Assembly (NCBI GenBank): GCA_951406725.2
Contig: OX597830.1
Location: 7,998,001 to 8,062,000, forward strand
DNA: 64,000 nucleotides
Direction of reading: 5' to 3'
Origin: Octopus vulgaris
Lineage: Eukaryota
How positions within the stretch are numbered: the stretch's first letter is position 1; every line of letters starts with the position of its first letter. The notes under the pieces are model-generated. The model did not search any database. It worked only from the letters and a program-made list of their open reading frames with translations, and was not told the DNA's origin. Of this stretch, positions 1 to 13,258 are shown in pieces. Position numbers and translations under genes: made by a program.

Positions 1-257
1 ACTCGAGGAATACGTCTTAGCAAAGTGTTAATGAGGACGGATTATCTACCCTGAATCAGAGGGGAGCGGGGAAAACCCTTATGGACTCGAAAGACGTATT
101 CTTCGAGTTCTGAGCGTTTCCTAACGTCTGCGATGCAGATATTTTAACTTTTGCATTTATATATAGTCTGACAAACTGTCCATAAGGTTTTGCTTTGTGG
201 ATGCGAAACATTGGGTAACTCTCTGTCTAAGATATAAAATTTTGTTGTAATATATAT

Positions 258-546
258 GTTTGTTCCTTCTCGAGCCACGCCTGGCTCATAGGGTCGGTTT
301 CCCGGTTTCTTTGGCGTATAGTTTCCCCACGTGGCCGGGACGCCGGTCCGTCGCAGGTGAGCTGCAAGATGCAGGAGGAAAGAGTGAGAGAAAGTTGAAG
401 CGAAAGAGTCAGCAGACGTTCGCCATTACCTTCTGCCGGAGCCGCGTGGAGCTTAGGGGGTTTCGCACATAAACACACTCATCGTCCGGTCTGAGATTCG
501 AACCCGCGTCCCTCGAGTCCACTGCTCTAACCACTAGGCGATGTGC

Positions 547-548
<2 letters not shown>
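258..548 (-). mobile_element. tRNA-derived SINE with Meta/V-like central domain
   Basis: Head GCCTAGTGGTTAG...GGGTTCGAATC; body CCTGCGACGGACCGGCGTCCCG...GAAACCGGGAAACCG. Confidence 0.7.
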
Positions 549-624
<76 letters not shown>

Positions 625-642
625 AATAAATATTAGGAATGC

Positions 643-748
<106 letters not shown>

Positions 749-1238
749 TATACACGTTTTAGTATGTTGTAAGCATAAATATATAGCAACTTTAACATTT
801 TTTAACTTAAATTTAGATTTATTTCTGTATTATAGTAGTATGGATAAAAAAATATCAAAACAAAATGGAATATTCCGATAGGCTTAATTAAAGTGCACCT
901 GTCAACCCTTTTTTAATTTTTGTATAGAAAACAATTATATTTTCTTCTATTTTGGTCTGTCCGATTTTATTCTGGCATTTTCATGTTTATTTTGTAACTT
1001 TTTCATCGACACTCAAAACCTGTACTCTCTCTAACAGAACTTTCACAATGTAGCGCTTTATCTGATTTTACTGGATTTTACCTCGAGAATGGAACCCTGA
1101 AGAAAGAAATGTTTTTACACAAGGAGCTAAATTTGGACTATATCCTACAGCCCTTTAAAACATTTCTAAAACAACTGTAAGTTTGGACTGATCCTTTTTA
1201 ATCACCTCCTTTAATATATTTTCTACTGTCATGGTACC

Positions 1239-1278
<40 letters not shown>

Positions 1279-1594
1279 GTTCATTTCTTATTTTTATGCT
1301 TTGTATTTTTATTTATATATTTTTCATATTTTTATGTTTATATTTTTATATTTCTATATTCTTAGTATCTAACTCTTAATGTAAACATGTGGCTATTTGC
1401 ATAGAATAATGCCTCATGTCACACATCTGAATTGTGAATTTGCTTGGCTGAATGTTTAAGACAATTATTTGAAATTTTTATCGGATTCTAAATTTTATTA
1501 ATCTTTTAATCTTTACCTCATATACGAGCGAAAAAGCAGTTGTACTATATACTGGCGCTTTGCCTCCATTAAAATTCTCATATATATATATATA

Positions 1595-1934
1595 CTAGCA
1601 GTATCGCCCGGCGTTGCTCGGGTTTGTAAGGGAAATAACTATAAAGCATTTTTAGAGAGTTATAGCCCAAAAATGGGGGGGGGGGAAATGATGGTAAATT
1701 TTTTTTAGTTAAAAAGGTCGAGTTGCGTCCCCTAGACAGTCTGTGGTTTGTGTTTGTGATTCTCGACCCCATGTCGAATTTATCGATTTTTTTTCAGAAC
1801 TGGGGAACTTTTCAAAATTTTCGCTGCGTTAGTTTTGAATTATGACATTGGGCTGTGTGTCAAGTTTATCAGAATGAAATATATATAGGGTGATATACCA
1901 ACAGACACACAGAAATATACAGAGACAAATGCCG

Positions 1935-1940
<6 letters not shown>
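1595..1940 (-). mobile_element. Non-autonomous Helitron, second family
   Basis: 3' end on the minus strand is hairpin CCCG-agcaacg-cCGGG followed by CTAG|T. The same 3' end recurs at 16937. The 5' end merges into (TA)n. Confidence 0.65.
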
Positions 1941-1970
<30 letters not shown>

Positions 1971-1995
1971 GTGCATGTGTATGTTCTTTGACTTG

Positions 1996-2297
1996 AAGGT
2001 ATATGGCCAAGTGGTTAAGGTATGCTGATGACCATCGTAAAGTTATAAGTTCGATACCCAGCGGCACGTTGTACCTTGAGCAAGACTCTTTATTTCTCGT
2101 TGCTCCAATCCACTCAGCTGGCAAAAAAGAGTATAGTATTTCAAAGGGTCAGCCTTGTCGCATTCTGTGTCTCGTTGAATCTCTCTGGGAACTACCTTGA
2201 GGGAACGAATGTCTGTAGAGTGCTCATCCATTTGCCTGGTACTTTCACAAGCAGGCTGTTCCCTTGGAATCAACTGGAACCCGCGTCGTCGTAACCG
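1996..2297 (+). mobile_element. SINE family C
   Basis: TGGCCAAGTGGTTAAG...AGTTCGATACC...CCTTGAGCAAGAC. Confidence 0.85.
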
Positions 2298-2360
2298 TTA
2301 TAGATTAATGATTTGGTAGTTACAGGAGAGTACATATGTTTATATATATATATATATATA

Positions 2361-2609
2361 CTAGCAGCTAAGCGTGGTCTCACGCGGTCGGTTTGGATGA
2401 GGTGGCTGTAAAACCTGTTCTGTGTAAGCATTCGACTTGTTTGGGCGCACTTATGTTAAAAAACAATTTTAGAATGACTGTTTTCTGTCAAAACGCTAAA
2501 AATAACTGCCCAACAAAAAAAAAACAACCAACATTCAAACAAATCAAAAAATAAACCCAAATACTAAGTGTACAAAGATGAACCATCCCACTTCCATTGC
2601 ACGTGAACA

Positions 2610-2643
<34 letters not shown>

Positions 2644-2826
2644 TTCACATACCCCCCTTTACATACACACATATATTCACACAGAGTTGAAACGCTGTTT
2701 GATTTCTTTTTTCAGCGTACAATTTTCATCATCCCACTACCAAGTATGACATCACCCTTTCCGTCTTTATTCATCTATCACCCCTTCCTTTCTCATTCAT
2801 AAACACAAGAGCATTATTATAGTAGA
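2361..2826 (-). mobile_element. Non-autonomous Helitron
   Basis: Minus strand reads A|TCTACTATAATAATG ... hairpin GCGTG-agac-CACGC ... CTAG|T, the canonical Helitron termini and A|T target. Confidence 0.75.
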
Positions 2827-3106
2827 TTATCTCGGTACTCATGGTAGCTATGAAAATAATTCAAAGCCCAGCAATACCACTGGATCATCCTACACATCTG
2901 TGTAAATGTCTCGCGCAATTCCAACCAGCCGTTTGACTGTGAATCCCCAAAACAAGAAAGAATCGCCCATGTCAAATTTATATGTATAGATAATTGTTTG
3001 AGTGGCTGTTGGTGTAAATATATATGTGCGTGTATGTATGTATGAATATTTATAAATATATATGCGTTTGATACATATCTAATTTTACATATATAATATA
3101 TACATA

Positions 3107-3520
3107 GGCGCCAGAGTATTTGTGTGGTAAGTAGCTTGCTCGCCAACCACACGGTTCCGGGTCAGTCCCACTGCGTGACACTGGGCAACTGTCTTCTACT
3201 ATAGCCTCGGGCCGGCCAAAGCCTTGTGAGTGGATTTGGTAGACGTAAACTGAAAGAAGCTCGTCGTATATGTGTGTGTGTGTGTATGTGTGTGTGTGTG
3301 CGCGTGCGTGCTTGTGTTTCTGTGTCTGTTTGTCCCCCTCCATCACTTGACAACCGATGTTGGTGTGTTTACGTCCCCGTAAACGAGTGATTTAGCAAAA
3401 GAGACCAATAGAATAAGTACTAGGTTTACAAATAAGTCCTGGGGTCGATTTGTTCAACTAAAGGTAGTGCTCCAGCATGGCCGCAGTCAGATAACTGAAA
3501 CAAATAAAAGAACAAAAGAA
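3107..3520 (+). mobile_element. SINE family A, the dominant tRNA-SINE of the window
   Basis: Head GTGTGGTAAGTAGC...GGTTCCGGGT; tail GCTCCAGCATGGCCGCAGTC...GAAACAAATAAAAG; many homologous copies in the window. Confidence 0.9.
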
Positions 3521-3554
3521 TACATACATTCATACATGCGCACAAACATGTGTA

Positions 3555-3624
<70 letters not shown>

Positions 3625-3754
3625 TACGCACAGAAGCATACGGTCCATGACTGGAGATCGCACTGCATGAAACTACTGTGATCACATAAACATTCTATTG
3701 CAATAGACGGAAACTGAAAGAAGCTCGCCGTATATATATATATGTGTGTGTTTA

Positions 3755-3806
<52 letters not shown>

Positions 3807-3950
3807 TTCACTCTTGATTGCTACTGGTAAGATATAACCCAGTGCAAACTGCGCAATCGAGCTGTCGGTAACTCCACAAAACTTACTTGGCGGGAAGGGT
3901 GGTTTTTGAACACCAGTTACATAAACTATTTATATTCCTTACTCTTTTTT

Positions 3951-4347
3951 TATTCTTTTATTTGTTTCAGTCATTTCACTGCGGCTATGCTGGAGCACCG
4001 TCTTTAGACGAACAAATCGACCCCAGGGCTTATTGTTTGTAATCCTAGTAGTTATTCTATCGGTTTATTTTGCCGAACTGCTAGATTACGGGGATGCAAA
4101 CACGCCAACAGCGGGGCCAAGTGATGGCGGGCGGGGTAAAAACACACACACACAAACATATACATGCATATATATATATAAATATGACAGGCTTCTTTCA
4201 GTTTCCGTCAACCAAATTCACTCAGAAGGCTGTGTGGCACTCCCGAAGCTATAGTAGAAGATACTTGCCCAAGGTGCCATGCAGTGGGACTGAACCCGGA
4301 ACCATGCAGTTAGGAAGTAAGCTACTTACCACACAGTCACTCCTGCG
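3951..4347 (-). mobile_element. SINE family A
   Basis: Reverse-complement match to 3107-3520. Confidence 0.88.
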
Positions 4348-4928
4348 AAAGGTCTTTCTAATTTGGTCCCTAATTTGCCCATTTAGCCAACCACAGTGGG
4401 TTGGACTTTGAGCCGTTGCAGATTCAACTACTCCGGGAGACAGAGAACTCCAGCATTTCCAAAAATATGGCGACACACAGAAAATAAATCCTTTCTGCGG
4501 GCAATCTAAGTGATAACTTTTGCAGCCTCATAGGTTAAAAGCGACGGGAGAATTTAACCTACTTACCTGAAGATGTGCCAGTACGCAGTAGTTGTTTGAT
4601 CATATTAATACCAGAATGTATATGTGAAAAACTCAACAACTAACAACTGTTGGTAATGCACAGAAACAATTGCTGTTATATTACAAAATGAAATAAATCC
4701 TGTTGATTTCATTTTGTAATATAATTTCCTTGTGTGAATTCTGCAGATATTAACGGATTTCTACATGCATATCCAATAAAAAAGAAAGAATTCCTGCTGT
4801 ATCACAGCATATCCGTGGAGGAACTTTGCAATGCACGCTATAAGGTTATTACTTGTGCGCGTGTGTATATATGTATGTGTATATATATAATATATATATA
4901 TATATATATCGAGACAGACAGACAGACA

Positions 4929-4964
<36 letters not shown>

Positions 4965-5121
4965 CAGGCGCACATACATAGATACCTAATACATATATAC
5001 ATATGTGCGGCTGGTGGGAAGGTGTAGCTAAGTGTATATCTATGCATACTCGGCACATGGGTATATGAAACAAGGTTGACACGAACGATAAAGATATTAA
5101 CACAATCACACATTAAAACTA

Positions 5122-5196
<75 letters not shown>

Positions 5197-5318
5197 CACA
5201 TATGCTTATATTCCTCCTTCTGCGCACAGAAATACAGGAATGGAGAACAGGATTGAATGCCAGAAAGAAGAAAGGAAAGAGAGAAGCAAAAATGAACAAA
5301 AGAAAGAAAGAAAGAGAT

Positions 5319-5355
<37 letters not shown>

Positions 5356-5609
5356 TAGAGTGGGGAAAGGAGGAAGTGCGAGGTCTGTTCGATTAATGAG
5401 CGTGTAATAATAGTGGTTGAGAAGAGGAGAAGAATTGTGAACATTCCTCACATAACAAGCGTAAGGAAGAGAAACTAAAGAGAAACGGTCGGTTCTTAGT
5501 GGCAGCAAGATTTTTTGAAGGGCACCGACAAATACATATGCTTGGATGTGAAGATGCATGTATGTGTGTGTGTGTACATACATGTGTATATATCTGTGAG
5601 TATGTTTGT

Positions 5610-5647
<38 letters not shown>

Positions 5648-5699
5648 CACGCACTAATGTATGTATCAGGTGTAAATGTGTGTATATATGTGTATATGT

Positions 5700-5746
<47 letters not shown>

Positions 5747-6446
5747 TGGATGTGTACGTACGTATGTATATTATATGTACACTAGTATACCCATGTTGCC
5801 AAAAATGCCGACAGTTTTATTAATCATAGAAAATGACGCAAAGTCCTGGGGTCGATTTGTTCGACTAAAGGTAGTGCTCCAGCATAGCCGCAGTCAAATA
5901 ACAGAAACAAATAAAAGAATATAAGAATACATTCATAGACACATACATTTATATACACATACACATATACATACACACAGAATCAAACATGACTGGAGAT
6001 CGCACTGCATGAAACTACTGTGATCACATGAAACCATTAAAAAAGCAAAGATGTTCGATATGTTTTCTCGATAAACTATATCTTTTAAAGACCTTAAGAG
6101 CCTCTAGTGGCTGCAAAAACTCCAGGAACGAGAGCTTATCTCTATGCCCGCATTTTGAAAAATACTACTCGGCGGAATTTGAAGGAAGACCACCGCAAAC
6201 ACATCTTAAGCCATTCCCATTTGATTTATGTATTATTGACTATTATGACGTGACGTCAGCTATTTCTATTGTTTTGCTTGTCTGTTTCTTTTTGGTTTTG
6301 ATGCAACTGACAAAACAGGTTTGTTCTTGGCAGCCTGAAAAATGGCGAAATAAATTAGTGTTTCGACCAGGAAGCCCTGGGTAGCTGTATTTCACAAGAC
6401 TTGTGGATTCTCATTATAACATTAGATAGATGCGTGTGTCTGTATG

Positions 6447-6493
<47 letters not shown>

Positions 6494-7136
6494 GTATATA
6501 TATATATATATATATATATACGCTTGGATGTGAAGATGCATGTATATATATATATGCATATATGTGTGTATATATACATACACAAACATACACACAAGCA
6601 CATGCACTCACACAAATACATATATACACATACACACATACATATATACATGCATATATATATATATATATATATATATGGTGTATTTAATGTTGTTCAA
6701 ATTTTGCTCCCAAAGACGATAGTAAAGCAAGTTTGTTTGTCCATTGATATTGTCTGTTTGAAGTCAGAAATCACAAATCCATAAGGTGAAACATTCATTA
6801 ACAACCTAAATGAGGAATGAATTGACTCCAACTGGATATCGAAACCGGATCACTGGTTCAGAAAGAACGCTGGGTGTACTCTTTTCTTAAGCATACTTAT
6901 GTTTTAGAGAAAAGTGTCAGGTGAGTATATTAATTACTAAATGACAAAGAAAGAGGAGTTTCGTTATCACTTCCATTAGCTTACAACTGTTTCAGTTATA
7001 AGAAGCACTGCATTCTGAGTTGAGTGCTCGTGCATAATCTAATAGATTCCTCGGAGCCATTTACATTGCATATTTGCAATACAGATACACAAGCGCACGC
7101 ACATAAAAACGTAGACAGAGATACACACACATACAT

Positions 7137-7185
<49 letters not shown>

Positions 7186-7326
7186 CATACACACACACAA
7201 ACGTAAACAGAAACCCGCATGAAATTGGCATCATTAATGCTTCAGGCTTGAGTATGGAAATCCATTTTAATGGCATTTTTTCCCATGCCAATTATCTCTC
7301 CCTTTCTTTCTTTCTCTTTTCCTCTC

Positions 7327-7360
<34 letters not shown>

Positions 7361-8060
7361 GTTCTCTTTCCCTCTCTCCCTCTCTCTCTCTCTCTCTTAC
7401 TGGTATTAAGTCCTCTTTTCAAAAACACGCACAATGCAATTTGCAGAAAGTAGGAATAGGCTGCTATTTTTAGCAGGCCGTACCACCTCACAGATGTCCA
7501 TTGATTGGCTGCTGTACACAGAAGAGTGAGAGCTATGTCACAGTTTAATTTCGCTTGCAATTCTAGCCAATTGCCAAGAGGATTTTGGCCGCACCATAAA
7601 CAAAAATAATAATCTTTTATTGTTTGTTTGTTTTTGCTGCTAATAAAGTCAAATATTTATACCTATCATTAGAACAAGGTCAGACGTAAGGGGAGAAGTG
7701 TGTAATTCGTTTAATTGATAAATAGATGTCGCCATTATTAAGTGGTTAACAAGTTTGTAAACCTGAGATTCGCGTTCGGTCCCATTTCACTGCTCCTGTC
7801 TTTTATTAAAACTCCTGGGAAGTTCATACCATATACAAGAAATTTGGTGTCTGTGAGTGAATACATACATACACACACACACATGTATATATGTATGTAC
7901 ATATACACTTATATATATTCTATTTAGTATATATACATATACTACACAGATATATATATATGTATAGGATATACACATATACTACACACACACATACATA
8001 TATACGTTCATATATGTGTATATAGTGTGTATCTATGTTTATTATATGAATATATATATA

Positions 8061-8344
8061 TTGGGTCATCCCATAAATAATGCGGTTTTGCATACTTTTA
8101 TTTTTCAAAATTAAGATAATCAAACAATTGCAGTATGCAAGGTGTTTATAAGCCATATAAAAACGCACGAAAACCGTTAGATTCACTTCAACATTTAAAT
8201 TTAATTTGTCAAAATATTTTCGTCGCTTGAAACCGCGACCTGTTCGCTGACAAAATACTGTGCTGCGTCTCTGAATTTTGTCTGTGAACAGGTCGACTTT
8301 TAGTTCGTACAACTGAAAAAACCGTATTATCTATGGGATGACCA
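8061..8344. mobile_element. MITE with the TIRs of the 51875-53090 mariner family
   Basis: Left end TTGGGTCATCCCATAAATAATGCGGTTTT, right end AAAAAACCGTATTATCTATGGGATGACCA, TA flanks, unrelated interior. Confidence 0.85.
8205..8254 (-). ncRNA. Minimal hammerhead-like motif with G3:C8 core
   Basis: TTTGTCA-GCGAACA-g-GTCGC ggtttcaa GCGAC-GAAA-ATAT-T-T-TGACAAA. Confidence 0.6.
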
Positions 8345-9746
8345 TAGATATATTATATACATAAATATATAACAAACGATGGATAATGTGCTAATTTACT
8401 ACAGCTGTTTCCAACGAATTTTTAATTTTTTAATTTTTGCATTCCTTGAATTGATTCAGCTTTAAAGCTGCGGTCATGATAAATGATTTGTGTCTGTCTG
8501 TCTGCATGTGTGTGTGTTTGTGTTTTTTTTTGTATGTGTGTTTCGCCGATGCATATCAGCAAAGGAGTTAAACAGCCATGAGAGAACCGAGAACACGGTG
8601 CTTTTCGAAGATCGTTACTATATTTGTTCTGCACTGAGTTAAAGACACTCACTTGACGTCAGGAGAGGAAATGTAATTAATGGATGCTATTCTTTCGCAA
8701 TTGTCTTTCCTAAATTATCAAAACTTATTTCCTGATAGCGAATAGACTATTCCCCAGACGATCATTTAGCTGTGGTTTCGATTCTAGAACTAGGCGGTGC
8801 TTTATTTTAAGTTGCTCTTGAAATAGGTTCCAGCAATCCCTGAGGATTTATCTTACAGCGATCTACCAATAGAATTCCTCGGATTAGCTTGTGCTGTGCC
8901 TACATATTTCACAAGCTGAGTGCGATTTAATTTTTTCTGACAGCAGCATTTCCTCTGATTTTGAGATTCTATGTTAAAATGCCGCCGAGGTCGACTCTGC
9001 GTTTCATTCTTTCGAGGTCGATAAAATAAGAAGTACCAGTTGAATACTGGGGACGATATTATCGACTTAGACCCTTTCCGTGAAATTTTTGACTATATGC
9101 TAACATTTGAAATCATCGTCATCACCATCCTCATCATCATCATCATTATATCAACCTTACCACCATCATTATCATTATTATTATTATCATATGCTGGTAC
9201 GTTCAAATTCTACCGAGGTCGACTTTGCCTTTTATCCTTTCGGGAATCGATAAAATGAGTACAAACTGAGCCCTGGGGTCGCTGTAATCAATTTAGCACC
9301 GAAAAAAATTGCTAACCCAATGCCAAAAATTTGAAACCGTTTTTGTTGTTGTTGTTGTTGTTTAAAAAATAGCAATAGTTTCCTTTCTTGCAATAAAGAC
9401 ACTTAGATATAAGAAAGAAAACATGTTCAAAACTTACAAATGCTGTGTGAGAGAATGCTCCGAAAAATATTTATACAGATTCCAGGATCGATGTTTTCTT
9501 GAACGTACTTCTGTCTATCTTCAGGGGTAATCTTTCAATGTCTTAAAGTAAATTGTATTACATTCCAATTATACCATTTAAAATGGAATGGCAGAGAATT
9601 CTTTTACTACCATTTTTTTTTCTTTTTTACTTCAATATTTATTTCTCTTATAATGCATTACCTTTCCGCTTGCGCTTCAGCAATTTTGTGATGTCTTGGT
9701 ATAACTATATCGATTACTAATATAATATTCAAGTATTATGGAATAT

Positions 9747-9918
9747 AAGGTGCGAGCTGGCAGAATCGTTAGCACACCAGGCGAAATGCTTAGCAGTATT
9801 TCGCTCGTCCGTCCTTACGCTTTCAGTTCAAATTCCGCCGAAACTAACTTTGCCTTTCATTCTTGCGGAGTCGATAAATTAGGAACCAGTTGAACACTGG
9901 GGTCAATGTAATCGATTA
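9747..9918 (+). mobile_element. SINE family B (further fragments at 8975-9110 and 9200-9340)
   Basis: Similarity to 14092-14322. Confidence 0.8.
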
Positions 9919-12852
9919 AACTAATTGATTTATAGAAACTGCATCCCTCTGCCACGCTATGTCGAGCCAGAGTGACAAAGTCGGCTAATTAATCTGGTAT
10001 GATTTGAAACTCAAACCCTGGCTGGGTGGGAAGAACATGCTGGGGCCTTCGACCGGCAGTGGACTAAATAAGAGAAATCCAATCCAGTCATGGAATATAA
10101 TATTAAGTGTTTAATGCGCTCCCTTTGAGTCAGCCTGTTTGCTAGAATTGCTTGCTGTTTGACCTTTACCGTTGTTGATCGACAATATTACATAGAAAGT
10201 AGCTTAGCTTAACCACCAGAGCTGTGCCTGGGCTGTTTCCACAAGCAAGTGCCTAGCTCCAAGTTCAGTAACCAGTTTTCCAATCATGGATACACCACGT
10301 AGGAGAGACACGTCAATACGTTCGCAGCAGCCACAGAGCCGCGCGGGCGTGGGGGGGGGGGCTAAATATTGATATAATATAATCGTGTTAATCCTCCGGA
10401 TTTTCTGCAGGGTGTTAGTCTCTTAGCATTTTTGAAAGGCTCAATAAATTGCCCTACGAGGCAGCAGTATTTTCTCATTAACAGGCAAAGGTTCATTTGA
10501 TTGCAGCCGGATGGTCATGTAGAGCAGCCTTGATTCGTTCCTGTATGTCCGAGAAATGTTTTGGTACTTAGAGTCCTAGAATAGGGACATCCTGATAAAC
10601 AGGGCCATCCTGATACAATACGGTGCATTATTACTCCCGAGGATATGCCACATAAAAGACGTCCATGATCACATTTTATAAATCGTAGCCATTCTTCTTA
10701 CTTCCTTTGAGGAGAGCTTAGTTGTATCTGCGGTTCCATTCTCGTTGCTTTTTATGCTATAATCTCCACAGAAATAAAAAGCCGATTTGATTCCGGTAAT
10801 GAATGAAGTCAGAACATAAAATGGCAGTATTAAATTGTGTAGAGGCGTTTAACTACTCCCTGAAAGGTTTTTATTTAGATTTCTTTATAAGGACTATACA
10901 GTAACAATAGCAACAACAACATATGCCTGCTTCATTAGCTACCATCACCATCACTCTTGCTTCCATCTTAATAGCGGCTGCCATTACACAATGATGTGAC
11001 GTCACAGCGACACGTGACATCGACATGCCGTACTCTACCTGTAATCACCTTTAATTGCATCCCCTTGTTTGATCCGTTTGGCAAATTACTTCAGTGAAGG
11101 ATTCGCTAAAATAACTTGTCTTCAGCTGGTGACGAAGGTGGTTTCGTGATGGTGGCGCTGGAGGTGGTAGCGGTGGTGGTGGTGGTGGTGGTGGCGGCGG
11201 CGGCGGCGGCGGCGGTGGTCGGTCGCTGACTGTAGCGGCGGTGGCGATGTTTGTGGCGGGGGTTGTGGAGGAGGAGACGGTGGTGTGTTGGAGCTCGTGG
11301 AGTTGAATGGAATGGTTTGGGGAAGGTGAAGGGGAGAGGGGTTTTTGCTTGTGATGTCAGTTCGATGTTATGGGGTAATGATGACGACGATGATGATGAT
11401 GATGATGATGACAGGGGTTGCGGTGAAGGAAACCTAGAAGCATTACACCCGTAACACCCAACACCACCTTCGCCATCAACAGTTACTGGTACCAACACCA
11501 CCACCATCACCACCACCAATAACAACCAACAACAACAACAATTGCATTAACATGTTCAAGAACCAGATTAAAAAAAAAATAAAATAACTTCGTAAACAAC
11601 ATGAAAACGACCGACCAAACGCTACGACCAATAACAGCAACAACGACATCTTCACTGCAGCAGGAACAACAAATATAACAATATGCAAATAGCAGCTATC
11701 TCAACAACAACAACAACAACAACAACAATAACAAATATATAACAGCATAAAAATAGTAACTATTTCAATAACAACATCAACAACAACAATAAACCCAACA
11801 GAAAAATCAAGAATGCCAGCGTTAAAAACAACAACAACAACAACAACAACAACATCAGTGACAATAACAACGATGATGTAAATGTATAAAAACGAAAGCA
11901 AGAAGTGAGTGACTTCCAAGATGGCGGTGTTTGGGTGAGTGAAACGATTTTCTTTAATTTACTATTTACAACATTTAATTTCAACATCTAATTTTAAAAT
12001 TCAATTGCTTTATTATTTCCGTCCTTCCTTCCTTACTCTCTCTCTCTCTCTCCCTTCCACTCTCTGTCTCTCTTTCTTCCTATCTACTTCTATCTCTCAC
12101 TCTCTCTCTCTCACCCTGCTGTCTTTTCGCTCCTCTTTCTTTTACTCTCTTCCCGCCTCTCCCTCTCACACACACACACTCCCTCTCTCTCTCTCTTTCT
12201 CCCTATCGACTCCTATCTCTCTCTTTCCTGGTGTTTCTTAGCTCCTCTTTATTTTACTCTCTTTCCCGCTTCTCTCACTCTCTCCTTTTCCTTCCCTCTC
12301 TCTCTCTCTCTCTCGCTTTTTCTAACACTCATTTAACTCAATCTTCTTCTTTGGCGTCGTCTTCATTTCTTCTCATTATTCTTCATTTTTGTCTTCTGTT
12401 CCTTCTCCTTTCTCTTCTTTTTCTTTTTCTTCTTCTTCTTCAGTGTCGCCTCATTCTTCATTTCCTTTTTTACCCTATTTTTCATCTTCTTCTTCCCTTC
12501 AACTTCTTTAATTTCTCCATATTTATCTCCCCTACCCGTCTCCATTTCCCCGTTCACTGTTCACCATTACAAGCTATTCCTGAAGAAAAAAACACATTTA
12601 AAAAATCGTCAAATTTAGCCCTAACACCCTGTATGTATGTATATGTGTATGTATGTATGTATGCATGCATACATGCATGCATGTATGTATGTATGTATGT
12701 ATGTATGTATGTATGTATGTGTGTATGTACGTATAGTGATTGTTCAGTTTTATTTCAAGATTTCTTACTAATAGAAAAAGAACCGGTTTCTAACCTAGAT
12801 TCAAGGCTCCTTCATTGGAATTTCAAAATCAAAAACAGAGTATGTATGTATG

Positions 12853-12925
<73 letters not shown>

Positions 12926-13194
12926 GTATGTATATATATATGTATGTATATATATTAACGATTGAGGATAAAATCTTTAAAAGAAATTATCAGTAGTCAG
13001 CGTGAACAACCTCGTAAGAGAAAAAATCCGTAAATTCTTCCTCTTTGAAAATATTCATTTATATTATATTGAGGGTACTACTATTCGTAGATACCAACAC
13101 GCTAAGAGGGACCAATGCGGTCAAAACTACTAAAAATAAACAAAATTTTACCGAATGCAAAACTTCAAAACACATCATTTTAAAAAAGAATTCA

Positions 13195-13258
13195 GTTACA
13201 TATCACATGTGATTTCGCATTTAATGCAGAATATGCATTTCATGTTCATCAGTGCAAC
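13195..13258 (-). ncRNA. Type I hammerhead ribozyme
   Basis: GTTGCA-CTGATGA-(aCAT..AATGCA tattc TGCATT..ATGc)-GAAA-TCACATGTGA-T-A-TGTAAC. 6-bp stem I, palindromic stem III. Confidence 0.75.

Noticed and set aside
4561-4700. Isolated consensus splice donors (minus strand at ~4566, ~3886, ~56882; plus strand at 6921)
   Set aside because: The candidate exon at ~4567-4670 has stops in all three frames, and no recognisable coding sequence adjoins the others.
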